The translations under genes were made by a program, and so were the position numbers. Under the pieces are notes generated by a model. It was not told the DNA's origin, made no database searches, and saw only the letters and a program-made list of their open reading frames with translations. This document shows, one piece after another, positions 19,119 through 27,759 of a stretch of DNA of 64,000 nucleotides. This DNA is from Actinobacteria bacterium HGW-Actinobacteria-7. GTDB lineage: Bacteria; Actinomycetota; Coriobacteriia; Anaerosomatales; PHET01. Positions within the stretch are counted from its first letter, which is position 1. Each line of letters opens with the position of its first letter. Where the stretch lies: the NCBI GenBank assembly GCA_002841275.1, contig PHET01000004.1, forward strand, positions 87,289 through 151,288, read 5' to 3'.

Positions 19119-20027
19119 ATGCAACAACCAACACTCATCGGCGAGGATGCTTCGGCCCTCGCAGCGCTTGCGCAGGTCAAGGTGGTCTACACCGACCTCG
19201 ACGGAACGCTGCTGGCCAAAGGCGGTTGCGTGCTCGCCGACTCCGGGGGCGTGCCGTCCGCTACGGTCGCTCAGGCTATCGTCGCCCTCAACACGGCGGG
19301 CCTCTCGGTAGTACCCATCTCAGGACGCGGCCGGCTACAGCTCATCGAGCTCACCCGCCTGCTGGGGTGGAAGGATTTCATCGCCGAGGCTGGCGCGATC
19401 ATCGTCAGCGGCGTAGGCGGCCCCGCTGGCGCCACGGTCACCTACAACAACGGGCATTGGCCCGCTGACTTGCTCGCACCCGGCGAGACTCCGTACGGCG
19501 TCATCGAGCGCTCGGGTGCCTACGAGCTACTGCGCGAGGCCTTCCCCGATCTCATCGAGTACCACACGCCTTGGCACGAGAACCGGGAAGCCACGCATCT
19601 GCTGCGTGGCTGTCTGGATGTCCGAGAAGCCCAAGCGCTGCTCAACCAACTCACGCCGGCCATCGGCATTCTGGACAACGGTGTGGTGCGCAACCCCGGT
19701 GACCTGAAGTGCAACGGGGAACTCCCCCACGCCTACCACCTCGTGCCCTGCGGAGTGAGCAAGGCCCAGGCAATCGAGCTCGACCTCGCGGCTCGCGGAC
19801 TGACTCGCGCCGAGGCTGCAGCGATCGGGGACTCAGCGACCGACATCGAGATGGCCGACGCGGTTGCGGTGATGGCGCTGGTGGACAACGCCTTCGAAAG
19901 CACCGGCGTGCGCTCCGAACTCGAGCGCGTCGTACGTCCCAACGTCTACCGAACCTGTTGCCAGCGCGGCGACGGCTGGGCCGAATTCGCCGCCGCATGG
20001 CTCGCAGCGACCGGCGCGAACGTCTAG
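19119..20027 (+). CDS. HAD-superfamily (Cof-like) hydrolase
   Basis: Contains VYTDLDGTLL (DxDxT), PISGR and GDSATDIEMA. Confidence 0.8.
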   Translation: MQQPTLIGEDASALAALAQVKVVYTDLDGTLLAKGGCVLADSGGVPSATVAQAIVALNTAGLSVVPISGRGRLQLIELTRLLGWKDFIAEAGAIIVSGVGGPAGATVTYNNGHWPADLLAPGETPYGVIERSGAYELLREAFPDLIEYHTPWHENREATHLLRGCLDVREAQALLNQLTPAIGILDNGVVRNPGDLKCNGELPHAYHLVPCGVSKAQAIELDLAARGLTRAEAAAIGDSATDIEMADAVAVMALVDNAFESTGVRSELERVVRPNVYRTCCQRGDGWAEFAAAWLAATGANV

Positions 20028-20130
20028 CCCCACCTGCCGCACGGTTGCCCCCACTATCGTCCGAGGTGTACGATTCGTCTGTTCGGGCCACGCTCGCGTA
20101 CCCGGATATTGACAGCCGAGGAAGTCAGCT

Positions 20131-20357
20131 CCGTCCGTTACGGTGCGGCTCCTGTTCGAACACAGGCCACTGCCCGGAAATGTCGAGAGACGCCAATGGG
20201 TAGAACAGCCCTCGCCGGCTTAAGGCGAAGGCTAAGGTGGCTGGGCTCGTGGACCGGCGCGCAAGCGACCGGCACCACAGGTGGGGCACGACCCCATCGC
20301 GTCGACGACACCACGCGTCGCGCGCCCTACGTCGGACAGTGCCAAATCCACAGACGA
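20131..20357 (+). promoter_or_regulatory. M-box (ykoK) Mg2+ riboswitch aptamer
   Basis: GUUACGGUGCGGCUCCUGU...CACUGCCCGGAAAUGUCGAGAGACGCCAAUGGGUAGAACAG...UUAAGGCG...GCUAAGGUGGCUGG...ACAGUGCCAAAUCCACAGACG aligns block by block with the B. subtilis mgtE M-box as I remember it (GUUAGGUGAGGCUCCUGU...CUGCCCAAAAAUGUCCAAAGACGCUAAUGGGUCAACAG...ACAGUGCUAAAGCUCUACG). Confidence 0.9.
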
Positions 20358-20442
20358 GGGATCGAGCGGTGACAGACCGGCACGTGCTCCCGCCTGAGGT
20401 GGGTCCGCGTGCTGTCATGTGCGCGACGCACACCACCGTACG

Positions 20443-20474
20443 CCCCTGGTCCCAACGGACGCAGGGGTTTTTCT
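20443..20474 (+). terminator. intrinsic terminator (M-box expression platform)
   Basis: CCCCTGGTCC-caac-GGAC(G)CAGGGG followed by TTTTTCT. Confidence 0.8.
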
Positions 20475-20695
20475 ATTGCCGAGAAGCCCAGCGAACCGTC
20501 TCTGCCGTCATGACCTGTAGCCGAAGAGATCAGGGCCTGCGTGAAACCTCACAGTCCATAGGCCCTCCGTGCGCTCCTCGCCGTGTGATGGCAGGGGGTC
20601 CGGAGGACCGCCTGTTGCCCACCGTAGTCCACCGCTTGGCCCGGGTCTCGGCGATTCAGACGCCGCCCGAGCCCTGACCGGAAGGGAGGAGCGCC

Positions 20696-22564
20696 ATGTA
20701 CTACCTCTCGCAGATGCTAGGCAAGCCTGTCGTCGATGCGTCAGGCGATGAGATCGGGATCATCAACGACATCGCCATCGCCACCGGCGAGGTCTTCCCG
20801 CGAGTCACCTCACTCGCATTTCTCGGTCCCGAGAAGACGCCGTTCATGCTTTCGTGGCGCAAGTACGTCGCCCAGATCGACGCCGAGCAGGTCCTGCTCA
20901 ACGTCCCGGCGCCCGAGATCCGCTTCTCCTACCTGCAGCCTGACGAGGTGCTCCTGCACCGTGACCTGCTCAACAAGCAGATCGTCGACACGCAGGGCAT
21001 GAAGATTGTCCGCGTAAACGACCTGAAACTCTCGGAATCACGCAACCAGCTGCGTCTCCTGGGTGCCGAAGTCGGCACGCGCGGCATCCTGCGGGGAATC
21101 TCTCCGACTCTCGAAAACGCCGCCCGCAAGGCGCTGCGCCTGATCGGTCGCGACCTCCCCGAGACGCTCATTGCCTGGAACTACATGGACCTGCTCGACC
21201 GCGACCTGAGCCAGGTGAAGCTCTCCGTCACGCACAAGCGGCTGCACGAGCTTCACCCGGCTGATGTCGCGGACATCCTCGAGCAGCTCTCTCCCAGCCA
21301 GAGGGCTGCGGTCTTCGCGCACCTGGACAACGAGGCTGCGGCCGAGACGATCTCCGAGCTGGAAGACGAGTACCAGGCCGACGTGATCGACGACCTGTCA
21401 GAGCGTCGGGCCTCCGATCTGCTGGCAGAGATGGACCCGGACGACGCCGCTGACATCGTTGGAGACCTGTCGCGCGAGAAGGCCGAGCGGCTGCTGCGCC
21501 TCATGGGCGTCGAGGACGCGACCGCCATCCGCGGGCTTCTGGGCTACAAGGAGAAGACAGCCGGCGGCATCATGACACCGGAGGTCACCACGGTGACCGA
21601 GGAGATGTCGGTCGCGGGCGTCATCGAGCACCTCCGTGACATCGCCGAAGAGCAGGAGTCGATCTACTACGTCTACGTGGTCGAGGGAGACCGCCACCTC
21701 ACCGGCGTCATCTCGCTGCGCGACCTGCTGCTGGCGCAGCCGGAAACGTTGGTGTCCGCTCTCGCGAAGACCGACCTGTTCACATCGCACCCTGACGACG
21801 ATCAGGAAGACGTCGCCGACCAGATGAGCAAGTACGACCTGCTCGCCCTTCCCGTTGTGGACGAGACCGGCAAGCTGCTGGGTATCGTGACCGTCGACGA
21901 CGCACTCGACGTACTCGAGGAGGAAGCCCAGGAGGATCTCGCAATCGCCACCGGCTCCTCCCACGAGCGGGGCCCTGCAGCCAGTCTATGGAACCGCCTC
22001 TGGCGACGCAGCCTGTGGATCGCCGTGTGGGCTGCGGCCCTACTGGGCGTGACGTCGTGGAGCATGACCACCAACGAACAGGTAAGTGCGAACGGCGGCC
22101 CATTCTGGCTTGCTGCGGCGGTCACGTTCGTCTCAGGCGCGGTTCTTCTGCTTCCTCTCGCGTTGCGCACCGCCGAAGAGTCCTCTTCGAGGGCAGTCGC
22201 CGAGATCATCGAAGGAGATGACGACGAGCGGCCGTCATTGAATCGTCGCATCTTCGCCGAGGGCTCGGTGGGACTGGCCATGGGGCTCGCGTCTGGCCTC
22301 ATCGCCTTCGGTTACGGGTGGGTGCGCCACTACGGTCCTGAGATGTCGGCCCTCTTCGGCATCGTCACCGGTCTCTCCATTCTGCTCACGGTGTTCTTTG
22401 GCAGCGTGCTCGCCGATGCCGCCCTGCGGAGGAGCGACCGTGACCACTCTGTGTCCGCTACCGCGCTGTCGGTCGTGGCCATGCTGTTCGCTGCCATCCT
22501 CTACCTGGGGCTCAGCTACCTCGCTGGATTCGTTGCACAGCTGCTGATGCGCGCAGGCGCGTGA
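20696..22564 (+). CDS. PRC-barrel + MgtE-N + tandem CBS protein with a non-canonical 5-TM C-terminus
   Basis: The N-terminus MYYLSQMLGKPVVDASGDEIGIINDI looks PRC-like. HPADVADILEQLS...DPDDAADIVGDL is the MgtE_N domain, followed by two CBS motifs. The C-terminal helices lack the MgtE pore motif (no GNxGxQ). RBS GGGAGGAG. Confidence 0.8.
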   Translation: MYYLSQMLGKPVVDASGDEIGIINDIAIATGEVFPRVTSLAFLGPEKTPFMLSWRKYVAQIDAEQVLLNVPAPEIRFSYLQPDEVLLHRDLLNKQIVDTQGMKIVRVNDLKLSESRNQLRLLGAEVGTRGILRGISPTLENAARKALRLIGRDLPETLIAWNYMDLLDRDLSQVKLSVTHKRLHELHPADVADILEQLSPSQRAAVFAHLDNEAAAETISELEDEYQADVIDDLSERRASDLLAEMDPDDAADIVGDLSREKAERLLRLMGVEDATAIRGLLGYKEKTAGGIMTPEVTTVTEEMSVAGVIEHLRDIAEEQESIYYVYVVEGDRHLTGVISLRDLLLAQPETLVSALAKTDLFTSHPDDDQEDVADQMSKYDLLALPVVDETGKLLGIVTVDDALDVLEEEAQEDLAIATGSSHERGPAASLWNRLWRRSLWIAVWAAALLGVTSWSMTTNEQVSANGGPFWLAAAVTFVSGAVLLLPLALRTAEESSSRAVAEIIEGDDDERPSLNRRIFAEGSVGLAMGLASGLIAFGYGWVRHYGPEMSALFGIVTGLSILLTVFFGSVLADAALRRSDRDHSVSATALSVVAMLFAAILYLGLSYLAGFVAQLLMRAGA

Positions 22565-23820
22565 ACTCGGCACCCGCTCCGCGCAGGCGCGCCCGGTTTC
22601 TCGCACTGTTGGCAGTGATGGGGCCCGGGATCGTGGCCGCATCCGCCGGCAACGACGCCGGCGGCATCTCGACGTACTCGGTCGATGGCGCGAGCTATGG
22701 CTACGCCACGCTGTGGATGATATTCGTGATGACCTTCTCGCTCGTGGTGGTCCAAGAGATGGCCGCTCGAATGGGAGCGGTCACCGGCAAGGGCTTCGCG
22801 GCGCTGATTCGCGAGAAGTTCGGCGTACGACCCACCCTGTTCGCGATGCTCGCCCTGCTGGTGAGCAACGCGGCCACCAGCATTGCCGAGTTCGCCGGTG
22901 TCGCCGCGGGCATGGAGCTGTTCGGGGTCAGCAAGTACATCTCGGTCCCTATTGCCGCAATCGTCGTGTGGCTGCTGGTTGTCCGCGGCAGCTACCGCAA
23001 CGTCGAGAAGGTCTTCCTGGCCCTCTCGAGCATCTTCCTCGCCTACGTCGTCGCGGCGTTTCTCGCCAAACCCGATTGGGGCGCAGTGCTCACGGCGACG
23101 GTCGTGCCTCAGTTCGTGCCCAAGGTCGACTTCGTGCTGCTGGTCGTCGCGACCGTTGGTACCACGATCGCGCCGTGGATGCAGTTCTTCGTGCAGAGCA
23201 ACATCGTCGACAAGGGCGTGAACGTCAAAGACCTGGGCTTGCAGCGCGTCGATGTCATCGCTGGCGCAATCGCGGCCAACATCGTTGCGTGGTTCATCAT
23301 CGTGACCACCGGAACGGTCTTGTTCCCCAAGGGCATCGAGATCACGGGGGCCGAGCAGGCGGCGCTCGCACTGGCACCCGTCGCGGGCCAGTACGCCACG
23401 GTGCTGTTCGGGGTAGGGCTCATCTCGGCGTCCCTGCTGGCCGCCTGTGTCCTCCCACTCACGGCCGCCTACGCGATCACGGAGGCGTTCGGCTGGGAAC
23501 GGGGCATCGACCGCACATGGACGGAAGCCCCGGCATTCAACGCCATCTACACGTTCGTCATCTTCTTCGGAGCGGCGTGGGTACTCATCCCCAACGCGCC
23601 ATTGATCACCATCATGGTCCTCTCGCAGGCCATCAATGGCATACTCTTGCCATTCCTTCTCATCTACATGATCAAGATCATCAACGACCGCCGTATCATG
23701 GGTAAGCATGTCAACGGCAGGACCACCAACGTGCTTGCATGGACCACCACCATCGTTGTGATCGGTCTGAGCATCGCCCTATTGGGCGGGTCGGCTCTCC
23801 AGGGACTGGGGCTCTTGTGA
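22561..23820 (+). CDS. NRAMP-related magnesium transporter (NRMT subgroup of SLC11)
   Basis: GTGA overlap with the upstream gene. The TM1 motif is NDAGG instead of DPGN, and the TM6 motif is GTTIAPW instead of GA(T/I)(V/I)MPH. I remember this substitution pattern from the Eggerthella lenta NRMT. Confidence 0.85.
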   Translation: MNSAPAPRRRARFLALLAVMGPGIVAASAGNDAGGISTYSVDGASYGYATLWMIFVMTFSLVVVQEMAARMGAVTGKGFAALIREKFGVRPTLFAMLALLVSNAATSIAEFAGVAAGMELFGVSKYISVPIAAIVVWLLVVRGSYRNVEKVFLALSSIFLAYVVAAFLAKPDWGAVLTATVVPQFVPKVDFVLLVVATVGTTIAPWMQFFVQSNIVDKGVNVKDLGLQRVDVIAGAIAANIVAWFIIVTTGTVLFPKGIEITGAEQAALALAPVAGQYATVLFGVGLISASLLAACVLPLTAAYAITEAFGWERGIDRTWTEAPAFNAIYTFVIFFGAAWVLIPNAPLITIMVLSQAINGILLPFLLIYMIKIINDRRIMGKHVNGRTTNVLAWTTTIVVIGLSIALLGGSALQGLGLL

Positions 23821-24407
23821 ACGAACCGCTCGACATTTCGGCGCAGAAGGCCGCAATCCGTGTCCACGTTCGGGCCGTACGAGCGGATATCGATCTGGAC
23901 AAGTGTCTCGAGGATTCCGCCAAGCTCGCCGAGAACCTCCTCGCGATGGTTGAGCTGACCGCGGCGAGTATCGTGCTCGCATACAGGGCAATGCCCGAGG
24001 AGATCGATCCGGCTCCCACTCTCCGCGCTTTGAGAGCATCCGGTGTTGCCATCGCGTACCCGCGAATCGAGGCCCCGGGGATCGTGCGGCTGCACCTCGC
24101 AACCGCCGACACCGTGTGGCTCCCTGGCCCGTTCGGCCTGGCCGAACCCCCGGCGGATACGCCTTGCGTGGACCCCGCGCTCATTGATGCGGTGCTCGTG
24201 CCGGGCGTGGCGTTTGATCCCGCTGGCGGACGGCTTGGAATCGGCGGCGGCTACTACGACCGACTGATCCCGCAGTTCCGTACAGACTGCCTGCTGATCG
24301 GCATCGCATTCGACGAGCAGGTGCTCGATGAGGTCCCCGTTGAAGCACATGACGCACGCGTGCATGCCGTGGCAACCCCGACGCGGGTGTTGAGGGCGAA
24401 GCCCTAG
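23817..24407 (+). CDS. 5-formyltetrahydrofolate cyclo-ligase
   Basis: Trimmed to the GTG at 23817 (GTGA overlap). Contains VLVPGVAFD and GIGGGYYDRL. Confidence 0.8.
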   Translation: MNEPLDISAQKAAIRVHVRAVRADIDLDKCLEDSAKLAENLLAMVELTAASIVLAYRAMPEEIDPAPTLRALRASGVAIAYPRIEAPGIVRLHLATADTVWLPGPFGLAEPPADTPCVDPALIDAVLVPGVAFDPAGGRLGIGGGYYDRLIPQFRTDCLLIGIAFDEQVLDEVPVEAHDARVHAVATPTRVLRAKP

Positions 24408-24414
24408 CCAGCCA

Positions 24415-25305
24415 CTACTTGCTGGCGAGGTACTTCATGATTCCGTTCGCCATACCCTCTGCGAGCTTCTTTTGGTAGGCCGCAGTATCGAGTTTGCGGT
24501 CCTCGGCGGAGTTGCTCATGAACCCCATCTCGACAAGGACCGTGGGCACCTTCGCCCAGTTGAACCCGCTCAGGTCGCTACGCTTCACAAGCCCGCGGTC
24601 GGCAGCCCCACTGCTCTTGACCACCGCATCGTGGATGTAGCGCCCCGCCGTCTTGCTCTCGTCAACGATCGGTGCGGTCCAGCTGTTCTTGGCGGGGATC
24701 AACGTCGAAAGCCCGTGCAGACTGTGGTTGTTGTTGCCATCGCAGTGCAAGCGGATGAAAACGTCCGCGTGCGCATCGTTGGCGATCTGCGCCCGCTTCG
24801 AGTTCGCGATGTTCACATCCTGTTTGCTGCGGACCATGACCACCTTCACCCCCCGGCTCTCGAGTTCGTCCCGCAGCCGCTTGGCGACCTCGAGGTTCAC
24901 GCTGCTTTCCGAGTTGTGCGTCGCAACGCCGCTGGTCCCCCCGGATACCTTGGGCTTCATCTCGGTAGCGCCCGGCCCTATGGGCTCGAGGCTCGAATCC
25001 GCCTTCTGCTGATGGCCCGCGTCAATGACCACGGTGGCCGAGAACGTCTTGGTCGGCTTCGGCTTTGCAGGTTGCGGCTTGGGTGCTGCCAGCTTGGGGG
25101 CAACGGGTTCCGGTTCGACTGTGGCCGGCACGGTGGCTACGACCGTAGCGCTTGCCACAACCGAGGCGCTGGGCTCGGGCTGCATCGTCGCGGTGGCTGA
25201 TTCGGTCTGCGGGCTCGGCACAGGGCCCACCATCGCGTTGATCACCCCACTGGCCACGGCCAGTACCGCTGCCAACCCGAGGACGATTCCGCCCAGGGTC
25301 AACAT
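24415..25305 (-). CDS. N-acetylmuramoyl-L-alanine amidase (Amidase_3)
   Basis: TM anchor and Pro/Ala-rich linker, then VVIDAGHQ, ADVFIRLHCDG and LVEMGFMSN. The start is uncertain (25305 or 25413). Confidence 0.8.
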   Translation of the reverse strand: MLTLGGIVLGLAAVLAVASGVINAMVGPVPSPQTESATATMQPEPSASVVASATVVATVPATVEPEPVAPKLAAPKPQPAKPKPTKTFSATVVIDAGHQQKADSSLEPIGPGATEMKPKVSGGTSGVATHNSESSVNLEVAKRLRDELESRGVKVVMVRSKQDVNIANSKRAQIANDAHADVFIRLHCDGNNNHSLHGLSTLIPAKNSWTAPIVDESKTAGRYIHDAVVKSSGAADRGLVKRSDLSGFNWAKVPTVLVEMGFMSNSAEDRKLDTAAYQKKLAEGMANGIMKYLASK

Positions 25306-25387
25306 GATCCGCTTCGTCGAGACCTGATCTCGCTCGTTGTACAACGTGCGCCTGCTTTCACAACAACGGTGAACCGAGCGGCGTCCC

Positions 25388-26533
25388 CTACTTGGGCGCC
25401 CGCTTGACTGCATAGAGTTCTTCGACCGTCACGAACAAGTAGCCCTTCGCCCTGAGCTTCTTGATGATGGTCGGCAGCGCCTTCACCGTCTGACTTCGGT
25501 CTCCCCCACCGTCGTGCATAAGGATGATCGAGCCGGGCTTCGCGTGCCTGACCACGTTGGAGGCGATCTTCTGGGCCCCAGGCTTCGTCCAGTCCTTGCT
25601 GTCGACATCCCAGATGACAACGTGGACCTTCTCGACGCGAGCTACCTTCCACGACTTGGCATTCATGCCTCCGTACGGAGGTCGCAACCAACGCGTGCTG
25701 ACTCCGGTGTACTTCTTTATCGCGGCAGCACCGCCGCGAATCTGGTGCTTGATCTCCTTGGGCTTCTCTTTGGTCAGGAGCCGGTGGCCCAGGGTGTGAT
25801 TCGCCACCTGATGCCCCTCGGCTACCACGCGGCGCGCGACGGCTGGCGCCTTCTTGACGCGCACTCCAAGCATGAAGAATGTGCCGGGCACCTGCTCACG
25901 CTTGAGAACATCGAGAATCGCCTCGGTGGACTTGGGCCACGGGCCGTCATCGAAGGTGAGGGCCACGACTTTCGTTCCCGCCCTGGGGTGGAACCGCTGG
26001 ACCACGGCGTCGTTGGGCTGTATGAGCACGGTACTCGAGACCTCGACACCGGACAGCGCTCCACGCGTCACCAGACGAACGCCTGGTACACCTGGAACCC
26101 GCTCTTCGATCAGAGAGCCCTTGCCCAGATAGCTGATTGCGAAGGGAACCGAGACCTCTGTCGTCTCGAGTGACTCACGGAGGTCGGCACCCGGTCGGCT
26201 GACGATGACATCCCCGCTATGCAGCAGTTCGTCGGGGGTCGCAGGATGGCCGTTGCGCAGCACTTGGATCGGTTGACCACCACGAACCCTGGTCACCGTG
26301 CCATCGACAGCGAGCATATCTCCTGCTGAGGATCTGTACGTCCCGGGGCCCAGGGTGCGCACCGTGGCTCCGTTGGATACTTCACGAGAGACCCCGTCAA
26401 CGGTGACTGTCGAAGGGCGGGACGCGGCCCAGCCCGCGGTGAGGGCGAGTACGAGCAGAATCACGATGGCGCCGGCCACGGTTCCCCAAACCACGCGGGA
26501 CCGCGGCGGACGGTCTATGACGTCATTTGACAC
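25388..26533 (-). CDS. polysaccharide deacetylase (NodB/PgdA family), membrane-anchored
   Basis: Contains ALTFDDGP, HQVANHTLGH and LMHDGGG. I prefer the GTG start at 26533, which follows GGAGGA, to the TTG at 26551. Confidence 0.8.
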   Translation of the reverse strand: MSNDVIDRPPRSRVVWGTVAGAIVILLVLALTAGWAASRPSTVTVDGVSREVSNGATVRTLGPGTYRSSAGDMLAVDGTVTRVRGGQPIQVLRNGHPATPDELLHSGDVIVSRPGADLRESLETTEVSVPFAISYLGKGSLIEERVPGVPGVRLVTRGALSGVEVSSTVLIQPNDAVVQRFHPRAGTKVVALTFDDGPWPKSTEAILDVLKREQVPGTFFMLGVRVKKAPAVARRVVAEGHQVANHTLGHRLLTKEKPKEIKHQIRGGAAAIKKYTGVSTRWLRPPYGGMNAKSWKVARVEKVHVVIWDVDSKDWTKPGAQKIASNVVRHAKPGSIILMHDGGGDRSQTVKALPTIIKKLRAKGYLFVTVEELYAVKRAPK

Positions 26534-26572
26534 AGAGTGGTCCTCCCGCAAGCACGCCGGTCAATCTGAGCT

Positions 26573-27061
26573 TCAGGCGTGCGAGATACATGCCACCCGC
26601 CCACCGGCTACCCGCGCAAGGTCCGCATAGCGCATGCGCACCATCGACGAAGGCGTGCCTGCGGCAGGGTAGACCGTTTCGAAGCGTGTGAGTGAATCAT
26701 CAATGAGCACAGTGAGTTCCTCGGGCAAGTCGAACGGCGACACCCCGCCGATCGCATATCCGGTGACCGCACGCACGGTATCGGCATCCGCCATCTTCGC
26801 CGCAGTCGCGCCCACCTCGCCGCAGATCGCGTCGAAATCTCCTCGACGATCTCCCGCGACCAGCGCGAGCACCGGGGTACCATCGGCCACCACTACAAGG
26901 GACTTCACGATCTGGCCGAGTTCACAGCCCATCGCCTCGGCGGCCGCGGCCGCCGTCTTGGTCGACTGCTCGAACTCGGTGAGGCCCTCGGCCAATCCGT
27001 GCGCTTCTAGAAACGCTCTCACTCGTTCGCGCGAGCCGGGCTTCTTCTGGGGCTGAGTCAT
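26573..27061 (-). CDS. YbaK/EbsC-type aminoacyl-tRNA deacylase
   Basis: Contains KSLVVVADG and GYAIGGVSPF. ATGA overlap with the upstream GNAT gene. Confidence 0.8.
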   Translation of the reverse strand: MTQPQKKPGSRERVRAFLEAHGLAEGLTEFEQSTKTAAAAAEAMGCELGQIVKSLVVVADGTPVLALVAGDRRGDFDAICGEVGATAAKMADADTVRAVTGYAIGGVSPFDLPEELTVLIDDSLTRFETVYPAAGTPSSMVRMRYADLARVAGGRVACISHA

Positions 27062-27699
27062 CGACGCCCGCCTGTCCATGACGCAGGGGCGCGGCTAGGC
27101 ACCCGCGTAGGGAATCTCAGTGAGTTCAGAACCGCTTCGAGGTTCTCGGACCAGCTCACGAGCGATCGCAGATCCAGCCTCATGAGCGGGAACTGCGCAT
27201 CCGGCCGCGATACCGTGAACCCGTTGCGCAGAAGAAAGTCGATTCCCAACATCGGGGAGTCCTCAATCACTGCAGGGCGCTGAGCTGCGGCGAACGCTTC
27301 GACCTTGCGCTCTCCTCGGCCAAGAAGGTCCTTGAGTGCGGCACGAAGCAGAACGCTGCCTAGGCCGTGATGGCGAGCATCAGCGGTAATGTGCAGACAG
27401 GCGATCATTGGCACCGTGGGATCCTCGGGCGCGGACGGGAACGTGGAGGACTGCGGAAAGTACCGGGATGGCGCGTATTTGATGAACCCGAGGATCTCGT
27501 CGTCCTCGCGGGCCACGCAACCGCACTCGCCCCACTCGTCAGTCACCTGCCGGTACCATGCCTCCTGGAGTTCCGGGTCACATACCGAACCGCACATGCG
27601 CCTGCGCTCACCTGCGCTTTCCCAGAACACACAGGACCCGCAGCTCATAGGGAGCTGGTCGAAGTCCGCGAGTGCGAGGGGTCTGAGCTTACGCGCCAT
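27058..27699 (-). CDS. GNAT acetyltransferase with Cys-rich N-terminus
   Basis: CGSCVFWE...CGSVC N-terminal region, then the GNAT core ARHHGLGSVLLRAAL. Confidence 0.7.
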   Translation of the reverse strand: MARKLRPLALADFDQLPMSCGSCVFWESAGERRRMCGSVCDPELQEAWYRQVTDEWGECGCVAREDDEILGFIKYAPSRYFPQSSTFPSAPEDPTVPMIACLHITADARHHGLGSVLLRAALKDLLGRGERKVEAFAAAQRPAVIEDSPMLGIDFLLRNGFTVSRPDAQFPLMRLDLRSLVSWSENLEAVLNSLRFPTRVPSRAPASWTGGRR

Positions 27700-27759
27700 T
27701 GCTGATGGGTGCCTCCGTCAAAGTGGTTCGTACAGTATAGACAGCAGCTTCGCTGCCAA

